From Acidiferrobacterales bacterium (lineage in GTDB: Bacteria; Pseudomonadota; Gammaproteobacteria; Acidiferrobacterales; SZUA-150): a stretch of 64,000 bases of DNA. The DNA lies in the NCBI GenBank assembly GCA_947258385.1, contig CAMYII010000033.1:31529-95528 (forward strand), written 5' to 3'. The translations under genes and the position numbers were made by a program. Shown in pieces: positions 35,839 through 46,100 of the stretch. Each line of letters opens with the position of its first letter. Position 1 is the first letter of the stretch. The notes beneath the pieces were generated by a model. That model searched no databases, was not told the DNA's origin, and saw nothing but the letters and a program-made list of their open reading frames with translations.

Positions 35839-37014
35839 CTACAAACCAATCTTGTGCGCCCGTGCCGTCAGGAAAATCCCGCTGGGCTTGTCCGCCGGCA
35901 GGCTGGCCAGACGCTCATAGGTGGCGGTGTCATAGATCTGCACCTTGTCGGCGTCGCGCACCGACAACCACACGGCCTCGCCGCGCGGGGTGAACTCCAT
36001 GTGCATCACCGCCTTGCCCGGCTTCAAGGTCTTGACCACCTTGCGGCCGGTCGCGTCGATCACCTGCACGGTGTCGTTGCGCGGATGGGCGAAGTTTACC
36101 CAGACCTCACGCCCGTCGGGCCGGCCCATGACGAACACCGGCTGGCCGTGGACCGGAATTCGCGCCACCTGTCGCCAGTTGCGCCGGTCGACCACCAGCA
36201 CGGCGTGCTGGCCCACGGCCGGCATGAAGGCATAGTCCCCCACCATCGCCCAGCCCTCCAGGTGGGGCATCTTATAGACCGGCAGCTTCTGCTGGCCGCG
36301 GCCGTAGTCCTGGAGGATGCGCCGCACACCGGCATCAAGGTTCCAGAGATCGAGCAGGGCCATGCCATCCTCGCCGAATAATCCGGCGATGTAGTAACGA
36401 CCGTCGGGCGTGATCAGGGCGTCATAGGGCAGCCTGCCGATATGCTTGAACTTGCGGATGCGCGGCGTCGATGGCGTGCGCACATCGGCCACCCAGATCT
36501 CGTCCGCGTCGTAGAGCGTGAACACGAACTGCTGGCCCGGCGCGTCCACCAGCCCCACAACCTTGGACCGCTGGCCCTCCCCGTATACCGCCGGGATCTC
36601 GGCCACGGGTTCCAGGGTCGCGGCAGAGAAGATCCGTACCCCGCCCGGTTCGTAGTTGGACACCGCGACCAGGCTGCCGTCCTGGGAGATGGCGCCGCCG
36701 ATGGCGTTGCCCGCCTGCACCACCCGGCGCACCACGCGGCCACGCAGCAGATCCACCTTGGTGAGGCCACCGTCACGCCCGAACACGAAGGCATAGCGCT
36801 CATCGCGCGAATACACGACCGAGGCATGGGACAGATCACCCAGTCCGCCGACGCGGGCCAGCCGACGGTTGGTGGTGGTCTCCACCACCAGGGCGTGGCC
36901 GCTGGCGCGTTCGATCACAATCCCGAGATCGCCGGTCCCGCGCACGCCGGCGCAGGCGAACAGGCCCAGCGCGACGGTCATAGTTAAGACCGTGACAAAG
37001 CGCCTCTTTTCCAT
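35839..37014 (-). CDS. nirF: NirF, cd1-like haem d1 biosynthesis protein (lipoprotein signal, no c-haem motif)
   Basis: From ATG 37014 (MEKRRFVTVLTMTVALGLFACAG). It has d1-propeller-like sequence without CXXCH. The track start at 37032 is a GTG. Confidence 0.8.
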   Translation of the reverse strand: MEKRRFVTVLTMTVALGLFACAGVRGTGDLGIVIERASGHALVVETTTNRRLARVGGLGDLSHASVVYSRDERYAFVFGRDGGLTKVDLLRGRVVRRVVQAGNAIGGAISQDGSLVAVSNYEPGGVRIFSAATLEPVAEIPAVYGEGQRSKVVGLVDAPGQQFVFTLYDADEIWVADVRTPSTPRIRKFKHIGRLPYDALITPDGRYYIAGLFGEDGMALLDLWNLDAGVRRILQDYGRGQQKLPVYKMPHLEGWAMVGDYAFMPAVGQHAVLVVDRRNWRQVARIPVHGQPVFVMGRPDGREVWVNFAHPRNDTVQVIDATGRKVVKTLKPGKAVMHMEFTPRGEAVWLSVRDADKVQIYDTATYERLASLPADKPSGIFLTARAHKIGL

Positions 37015-37018
37015 GTCA

Positions 37019-37342
37019 TCAAGGTGCGACACCGCTGCCTCGCTTTAATTGCTGTACCAGCCAGTCCACTTCCGCCTCGCTCAGCAACTCCCGCCACGGC
37101 GCCATCGGCGTTCCCGGCAGGCCGTCCAGAATGGACTGACGCAGCGCGGCTGCCGGCCGGTCCGCCAGCGCCTCGGCTGTGAGCGCCGAGCCGAGACCGC
37201 CCCGCAGTGTCAGGCCGTGGCAGGACCCGCAATCGTGCTTCAACAGATGCCGCAGCTCGGCCTGGCGGGCGGGCGCGATATCCTGCGCCGCTGCTGCGAA
37301 CAACGACCAGAGCAATGCGAGTGCCAGCACGATGATGCGCAT
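37019..37342 (-). CDS. nirC: cytochrome c55X NirC
   Basis: From ATG 37342 (MRIIVLALALLWSLFAAAA). Contains CGSCHG and GTPMAPW. Confidence 0.8.
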   Translation of the reverse strand: MRIIVLALALLWSLFAAAAQDIAPARQAELRHLLKHDCGSCHGLTLRGGLGSALTAEALADRPAAALRQSILDGLPGTPMAPWRELLSEAEVDWLVQQLKRGSGVAP

Positions 37343-37417
37343 ATACCGGGAATCCCAAGCGTTTGCCATCTGCCACCGAAGGGGCGGGATCGCGCCCGCC
37401 CCGCTCCCTACCACGCT

Positions 37418-39175
<1,758 letters not shown>

Positions 39176-39201
39176 TCAATATCTCGTTTTCGGCGAAATG
39201 C

Positions 39202-39226
39202 GGCACCCGCGCCTGGCGCGGGTGCC
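39202..39226 (-). other. perfect 11-bp GC stem-loop between norB and nirS
   Basis: GGCACCCGCGC-CTG-GCGCGGGTGCC. There is only a weak U-tract on the minus strand (GCAUUUCGCC), so it may be a partial terminator or an RNA-stability/processing element. Confidence 0.35.
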
Positions 39227-39255
39227 CGCCTTGTTTATGGGCTCAAGCTGCCTGC

Positions 39256-40734
39256 CTAGGCACCCGCGGTCGCCGCCGCACCGCCCGGCTCCGGCGCCTC
39301 CACCTCAGGCATTTCCGCGGCGCGGGTCTCGCCCCTGCCGATGGTCACCAGATCCCAGACCAGCAACACCACGCCGGCGGCCGTCACCCAGCCGAAGAGC
39401 TGGCGCCACCACATGCCCTGCATGAACCAGGGGTTGGTCTGGGCGGCGAAATAACCGGACCAGGTGGAGCCTCCCACCGCCCGCTCGATAAAGGACTGCT
39501 CGTAGCCCGCGATGAGCAGGGCCATGGTCATGCCGACGACACCGATATTGAGCAGCGCCAGCGACCACTTCCACTTCCAGCCGTTATCGGCCAGCCCGCC
39601 CGCCATCCACACATTACCGCGCCATTTCTGTATGGCGAGATAGAACACGGCGATATTGATGGTGGCGTAGGCACCGAAGAACGCCAGATGCCCGTGCGAG
39701 GAGGTCCACTGGGTGCCATGGGTGTAGAGGTTGATCTGCGGCAAGGTGTGCATGAAGCCCCATACACCGGCGCCGAAGAAGTTGCCGAAGGCGTGCGCGA
39801 TCAACCAGGCGAGCGCCGGGTGGTTGGCGTTCTTGAAGCGATGCACACCGGAGTCGTAGACCGCGTGCACCACCATCGCCACCAGCGGAATGGGCTCTAA
39901 TGCCGAGAAAAACCCGCCAATGGAGAACCAGTACTCAGGGGTGCCGATCCAGAAATAGTGATGACCCAGTCCCAGGATGCCGGAACCGAACATCAGCGCC
40001 ACCTCGATGTACAGCCAGGTGGTCACGATCTTGCGGCGCGCCCCCAGGGTCTTCATCAGGCCCCAGGCCATGATGCAGCCTACCAGCACCTCCCAGGTGG
40101 CCTCGACCCAGAGGTGGATCACCCACCACCACCAGTACTGATCGACGGAGATGTTCGTCACATAGAACATGCCGGCGAGATAGAGCCCGGCCAGCGCCAC
40201 GAGATCGAGTACCAGCACCCCGCTGATACCGCTCCAGCGGCCCTTCATGAAGGTGGCGGCGGCGTTATAGAAGAAGATCAGCATACACACGACAATCCCG
40301 ATATCGGCCCAGCGCGGCGCCTCGATGTACTCGCGGCCCTCGTTGATCAGCCAGCGGGTGGTGTCGGTGCCGGGACCGGTCTGGATGAACAGATAGACCA
40401 CCACGACCACGGTGACGGCCGACGTGAACAACCAGAAGGCCAGATTGCCGAGCTTGAGACCGACGACCTCTATCCCGGCCTCGTCCTCGATCAACCAATA
40501 GACCGCGCCGATGAAGCCGAACAGCATCCACACTATCATGGCGTTGATGTGCACCATGCGGTTGACGTTGAAATCCAATACGTTGTAGAGGAATTCGGGC
40601 ATCAGATACTGCAGGCCGGCGAGGATGCCGAACAGGATCTGGGCGACGAAAAGCGCTACCGCGGCGGTAAAGTATTTGACGGCCAGCTTCTGGCCGCCGT
40701 TCAGGTTCGCACTGTCAAGTACCCCGATGGCCAT
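39256..40734 (-). CDS. norB: nitric oxide reductase large subunit (cNOR NorB)
   Basis: 492 aa and 12 TM segments. Has the His ligands HLWVE and GHHYFWIG...HAFG...HGHLAFFGAY. Confidence 0.95.
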   Translation of the reverse strand: MAIGVLDSANLNGGQKLAVKYFTAAVALFVAQILFGILAGLQYLMPEFLYNVLDFNVNRMVHINAMIVWMLFGFIGAVYWLIEDEAGIEVVGLKLGNLAFWLFTSAVTVVVVVYLFIQTGPGTDTTRWLINEGREYIEAPRWADIGIVVCMLIFFYNAAATFMKGRWSGISGVLVLDLVALAGLYLAGMFYVTNISVDQYWWWWVIHLWVEATWEVLVGCIMAWGLMKTLGARRKIVTTWLYIEVALMFGSGILGLGHHYFWIGTPEYWFSIGGFFSALEPIPLVAMVVHAVYDSGVHRFKNANHPALAWLIAHAFGNFFGAGVWGFMHTLPQINLYTHGTQWTSSHGHLAFFGAYATINIAVFYLAIQKWRGNVWMAGGLADNGWKWKWSLALLNIGVVGMTMALLIAGYEQSFIERAVGGSTWSGYFAAQTNPWFMQGMWWRQLFGWVTAAGVVLLVWDLVTIGRGETRAAEMPEVEAPEPGGAAATAGA

Positions 40735-40736
40735 GC

Positions 40737-41333
40737 CTAGCCCTCCTGTTGTATCGTTTTGAAGTTATAGGGGAAGCCGTTGGTATCGATGCTCGACATC
40801 CATTTGAGAAAGGCGATCACGGCCCGGGTCTCCTCATCGGTGAGATTCATGTTCGGCATCTTGCGCCCGCTACCGAAGGTGCGCGCGTTGTTGGTCGGGT
40901 CCTTGAGGAACATCGTCATCAGGGTCTCGCGCGAGGCCTCGTTGCCCCAGGCCGGGTCCAGCCAGGCCTTGGTCAGATCGGGCGCGAAATAGGCGCCGTT
41001 GCCGAGCAGCGTATGACAGTTCATGCAGTTACGGCCCTGAACCACTTTCTTGCCATGGGTGACCAGCGCCTCGGCCTCTTCCTCGGTCAGCGCCTGTCCG
41101 AACAACGGCGCCTGCTCCCCGATCACGGGCACTTGCATATTGCGCTCGGCGTTGAACTCGTAACCGATGCGTTTATTGATCACGCTGTAGGGCGGCACGC
41201 GCTCGCTGCCCGCCGTGATCTTCGATACGCTGTCGAAGGTCAGGAAGATCAGGACGACGAACATGAACGCCGTGATCCACACGGCGATCTTGCGCCACAC
41301 ATCCTCGCTGGCCCACCAGGGCGTGTTGTTCAT
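40737..41333 (-). CDS. norC: nitric oxide reductase cytochrome c subunit NorC
   Basis: From ATG 41333 (MNNTPWWASEDVWRKIAVWITAF...). Contains CMNCHT. The track ORF extension to 41759 is rejected. Confidence 0.9.
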   Translation of the reverse strand: MNNTPWWASEDVWRKIAVWITAFMFVVLIFLTFDSVSKITAGSERVPPYSVINKRIGYEFNAERNMQVPVIGEQAPLFGQALTEEEAEALVTHGKKVVQGRNCMNCHTLLGNGAYFAPDLTKAWLDPAWGNEASRETLMTMFLKDPTNNARTFGSGRKMPNMNLTDEETRAVIAFLKWMSSIDTNGFPYNFKTIQQEG

Positions 41334-41368
41334 GAGAGCTTCCTCCGTTGATGATTGGCTGTAAAAAG

Positions 41369-41704
41369 TTAACCGCTGGATGATCCGTCGCCGGCGCCAC
41401 CCGCCGCTTCCGCGGTATGGGTCCCCTGGCACAGGTACCAGATGCCGTGGGGTGCGAGCAGATAACCGACCAGCATGGCGACCACGACGATCTGCCAGAA
41501 ACCGTTCAGGTTCATGGCATAGGCCAGCACCATGACTGAGATGAAATGCAATCCGTAGGCGCCGTAGGCGAGCGGCATCAGCCGGGGCTGGCGGTGGACG
41601 CGCGCGTAGGCGAAAAGCAGCGCATAGAGCGCGCCACAGATAATGACCATCGCGGCGGAAAAAAACGCGATGAAAAAATTTTCCAATGCCACCGGTTCTA
41701 TCAT
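41369..41704 (-). CDS. small 3-TM membrane protein leading the nor genes
   Basis: GAGGAGGAG lies 3-4 nt upstream of the ATG, and the ORF has a strong third-position GC bias. 111 aa, and I recognised no family. Confidence 0.7.
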   Translation of the reverse strand: MIEPVALENFFIAFFSAAMVIICGALYALLFAYARVHRQPRLMPLAYGAYGLHFISVMVLAYAMNLNGFWQIVVVAMLVGYLLAPHGIWYLCQGTHTAEAAGGAGDGSSSG

Positions 41705-41921
41705 TCGCTCCTCCTCGGGTGAGGATCAGGCCAGGCAGCACTAAGGGTGCGACCGCCATGTCCTGATCCCGTTACCTTGCTCCCGACCACCGCATCCCTG
41801 GCGCTCTCAGCAATGCAGACCGCGGGGCCAAGGACGCCGGACATGTCCTGTCCGGCCGGGACACTGCTTGTTATTATCACCGTGACCCGCGGATGATAGG
41901 GTGCACTAGGACAAAAGTTGA

Positions 41922-41945
41922 CCGCCTTGACCTAGGTCAAGGCGG
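41922..41945. promoter_or_regulatory. perfect 24-bp palindrome containing an FNR/DNR-type box TTGACCTAGGTCAA (41927-41940)
   Basis: CCGCCTTGACCTAGGTCAAGGCGG equals its own reverse complement. It lies in the divergent region between the nor-nir block and ctaA. Confidence 0.5.
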
Positions 41946-42047
41946 CGCCGAAACCGGCGACGGGCCCTTAAGCAGGCGGGGCCGACTACCGCCGCCCGCC
42001 AAAACGCATTAGACTTGGACCTGTTCAAAACCGGCGCATCGCACCCT

Positions 42048-43100
42048 ATGTCACTGCTCTCGGCTCATACCCCTCAGCCCAAGGCCATCGCGCTCTGGCT
42101 GCTCGTGTGCTGCGCCCTGATTTTCGTCATGGTGGTGCTCGGCGGCGTCACACGGCTGACGCGCTCGGGTCTGTCGATGGTGGAGTGGGACCCGATCATG
42201 GGAGTGGTGCCTCCGCTAACCGGGTCCCAGTGGGAGGCGACGTTTGACAAGTACAAACAGTTCCCCGAATACCGCGAGATCAACCGCGGTATGAGTCTGC
42301 GGGAATTCAAGTCCATTTTCTGGATGGAATACAGCCACCGCCTGCTCGGGCGCGCCATCGGGTTGGCGTTCCTGCTGCCCTTTCTCTATTTTCTCATGAC
42401 AAAAAAAATCGGCCGACCGCTGCTGCCCAAACTGGGCATGCTGTTCGTACTGGGGGCCTTACAGGGGCTGTTGGGCTGGTACATGGTCAAGAGCGGGCTG
42501 GTGGACAAGCCACATGTGAGTCAATACCGGTTAACGGCCCACCTCGTTGCCGCGATGGCCATCTACGGATTCATGTTCTGGGTGGCCCTGCGCCTGCTGC
42601 TGCCCGATTCCGGACGCGCGAACGAGCCGGGCCGAAAGCGGCTGAGGCGCTTCGGTATTATCGTCACCGCTTCAATCTGTCTGCTGATCATCTCCGGGGG
42701 GTTCGTCGCCGGCACCAAGGCGGGATTCGCCTTTAACACCTTTCCGTTGATGAACGGCCGCTGGGTGCCGGAGGGGATGTTCGCCATGCAACCGGTGCTG
42801 ATCAATCTGTTCGAGAACATCGCGACCGTACAGTTTAACCATCGCCTGCTCGCGGGCGTGTTGTGCCTGCTGATTCCGGCCTACTGGTTTCCGGCTCAAC
42901 GGACCGGCACCGACAGCCAGACACGGATCGCGTTTCATCTGCTGTTGGCGATGCTTGTGATACAGGTGGGGCTCGGCATCAGTGCGCTGCTCTACGTCGT
43001 ACCTGTGGCGCTGGCCGCGGCGCACCAGGCGGGCGCGCTGGCGCTGCTAACCGTCGCCTTGTTCATTAACTATAAGTTGGGCGACGGCTACTCATTTTGA
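42048..43100 (+). CDS. ctaA: haem A synthase (COX15/CtaA family)
   Basis: Contains GGVTRLTRSGLSMVEWDP, EYSHRLLGR and FNHRLLA. ATG 42048 is preferred over the TTG at 42015. Confidence 0.9.
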   Translation: MSLLSAHTPQPKAIALWLLVCCALIFVMVVLGGVTRLTRSGLSMVEWDPIMGVVPPLTGSQWEATFDKYKQFPEYREINRGMSLREFKSIFWMEYSHRLLGRAIGLAFLLPFLYFLMTKKIGRPLLPKLGMLFVLGALQGLLGWYMVKSGLVDKPHVSQYRLTAHLVAAMAIYGFMFWVALRLLLPDSGRANEPGRKRLRRFGIIVTASICLLIISGGFVAGTKAGFAFNTFPLMNGRWVPEGMFAMQPVLINLFENIATVQFNHRLLAGVLCLLIPAYWFPAQRTGTDSQTRIAFHLLLAMLVIQVGLGISALLYVVPVALAAAHQAGALALLTVALFINYKLGDGYSF

Positions 43101-46100
43101 TCAATCTCGGATAGCGTCTTCTGTAGCAGCGGGGTGATTTCTTCCGCCGGGACCGGCCGGCTGAAGAGGTAGCCCTGCATGCCGTGACATTGCTGCTCGC
43201 GCAGGAACGCAAGCTGCTCCTGAGTCTCCACGCCCTCGGCGATGACATGCAGCTTGAGGCTTCGGCCCATGGCAATAATGGCCTGGGCGATGGCGGCGTC
43301 GTCCGGATCGACCGTTACATCGCGGATGAAAGAACGGTCAATCTTGATAGTATCGATGGGAAAACGTTTCAGATAACTCAGCGAAGAATAACCGGTACCA
43401 AAATCATCGATCGCGAACCGGACACCGGCCGCCTCCAGCGCCTGAAATGCCTCCATGGTCGGGCGCTCGTTCTTCATGAGAACGCTCTCCGTGATTTCGA
43501 ATTCAAGCCATATCGGGTCCAAACCCGCCTCGCGCATAATTTCGGTTATCCTGTCTACGAGATGCGGTTCATCGAACTGTCGACCCGAGAGGTTGATGGC
43601 CATGCGCACGGGCTCGAGGCCCGCCTCCTGCCAGGATTTGATCTGGTTGCAGGCGGTCCACAGCACCCATTCCCCGACGGGCAGAATGAGCCCGGTTTCC
43701 TCCAGCAGCGGGATGAAATCGACCGGCGCCACCAACCCCAGGTCCGGGTGCTGCCAGCGCAGGAGCGCCTCCACGCCGGTTACCCGGCCGCTCTCCAGGT
43801 CCACCTGCGGCTGGTAATACAGCCGGAATTCCTCGCGTTCCAGCGCATGCCGCAGGCTGGTCTCGAGATTTAACCGTTCGAAGGCCTTGGTGCTCATGTG
43901 TTCCGAGTAGAACTGATAGGTATTGCGCCCCTGCTCCTTGGACCGGTACATGGCGATATCGGCGTGCTTGAGCAGGGTCTGCGCATCAACACCGTCCTCG
44001 GGGTAAAGACTGATGCCGATGCTCGTGGTCACATAGAACTCGTGCCCGTCGATCACAAACGGACGGGGAAGGGCCTCCAGAATCTTACGCGCAACGATGG
44101 CGACGCTGTCCGCCAGCGCGATATCGTCAAGCACAATCGCAAACTCATCCCCGCCAACACGGGCCACGGTATCGCCGTCACGCACGCACGTAGTCAAGCG
44201 CTTTGATAGTCGCTGCAACGAGCGGTCACCGGCTTCGTGGCCCAGGGTGTCGTTGATTATCTTAAAGCGGTCGAGATCCAGGAACAGCACGGCGACGGCG
44301 CGATCGCGCCACTGCGCGCGGGCCAGTATCTGGCTCACCCGGTCCATGAACAGGGCGCGATTGGGCAGCTCGGTCAATGCATCGTGATGCACCAGATACT
44401 GCAGACGTTGCTCGGTCTGCATGCGCTCAGTGATGTCTTTCCCGCTCGAGACAAAATGGGTGATATTCCCGTCGTTGTCTTTTATGGGGGTGATGGTGTT
44501 TTCTTCGTAAAAAAGACCGCCGTCCTTCCTTCTGTTAATGAGCACATCACTAACAACCTCGCCTGCGAGCAGCTTCTGCCAGAGCGCACTATCGGAGTCC
44601 TGGGCGCGATGTCCGGATCCGGTGACAGATCCCTTGGTGCCTATGACTTCTTCCGTACTGTAGCCGGTGATCTTCTCGAAGGCTGCATTGACGTACTCGA
44701 TCAAACCACCGCGGTCCATGACGCTGATCGAATCGGCAGTCTGTTCGAGGGCGCGGGACAGCTTGACCATCTGCGCCTTGGATAGCCGGACCTGCGTCTC
44801 GCTCTCGCGCAGCGCCTCCTGCGCCTGCAGGCGCTCGCTAATATCCTGAATAATGGCGACGAACACCGGCGGCGTCTCGTCCCGGGCCAGCTGCAGGTTC
44901 ACATCCACGGGATAATAGGAACCGTCATTGCGCCGATGGCGGGTAACGAACACCACCTTCTCTTCGCTGCCCTCACGCAACGGCCGGATCAGCTCCATAA
45001 ACGCCTCGCGGCTAAAATCACGCTTGAGGTCCAGCGGGGTCAGTTGTTTGATCTCTTCTGACGCGTAGCCAAGATTATTCAACCCGCCGCGGTTGACCTG
45101 CAGAAAATGCAGGGTCTCGGCATCGAAGATATAGATCTCGTTGAAGGAGTTGTCGAGTATTCTTCCAAACCGTCGTTGCAGTTCCTCCGCCTGCTTTAGC
45201 TGCGTAATGTTACGAGTCGTGCCTTCGACGCCGGCGATATTACCGTGTTGGTCATAATAGTAATGCGCATTGGTGGACACCCAGACAGGGGACCCGTCCT
45301 TGGCCTTGAGCAGGGTTTCATGATTTAGCACTACGCCGCCCTGCGCCTTCAGTTTCTCGAGGAATCGTATGCGGTCGTCGGGATTCACATAATGGTCCGC
45401 CAACAGCGTGCCAATGATTTCTTCCTGGGTATGACCCGACAGCTCAAGCACTGACGGCGACACCCGCGTCAAACGACCCTCCCTGTCGGTGCGGTAATAG
45501 GTATCCTGCATGCTGTCCAGGATCGTGCTGAGCTCTTGTTCGGAGGCTGCTATTTTGTCCTCTGCCTGCTTGCGATCGGTAATGTCAGTAATAAAGCCTT
45601 CCAGAGCGGCAAGCGCGCCGTCGGGCGCGTACACACCGCGCCCCTGTTCCCAGACCCATTTTATTTCTCCTGTCGCGGTAACGAGTCGATAGACAAGCTC
45701 AAAGGATTTTTTCCCCTGGATCGCGATTTCTATGTCATTTGATACGGCATCCAGATCGTCAGGATGAATGCATTGCTGAAAAGAAATGTTTTTGTTGGCG
45801 ACAAAGTCATCGGGTGCGTAGCCCGTCAAGGCCAGACACCCCTCGCTGACAAACTCCGATGACCAGTCTTCGTTATGGCGGCAGCGATAGGCCATGCCGG
45901 GCAGATTGCTCATCAGGGTATTCAACACGCGCTGGCTTTCGTGCAGTTCCCGCTCCACCCGTTTGCGCTCCGTGATGTCGCGGTCGATCCCGCGGTACCC
46001 GCGAAGCGTGCCGTCCGGCTCAAAGACCGGCACGCCGCTGGTCTCCAAGATGACATTCCGGCCGTCCCGGTGGCGATTGCTATTCTCCAGGCGGGCGAAG

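Noticed and set aside
40737-41759. 340-aa version of NorC with a long N-terminal extension.
   Set aside because: The extension overlaps the better-supported 111-aa membrane ORF (41369..41704, strong RBS) in another frame. NorC-like sequence only begins at MNNTPWW (ATG 41333).
41799-41815. TGGCGC-N5-GCAAT resembling a sigma54 -24/-12 element (NorR-type control of nor).
   Set aside because: The GG-to-GC spacing is one base short. It is oriented away from the nor genes, and no GT-N7-AC NorR sites were seen.
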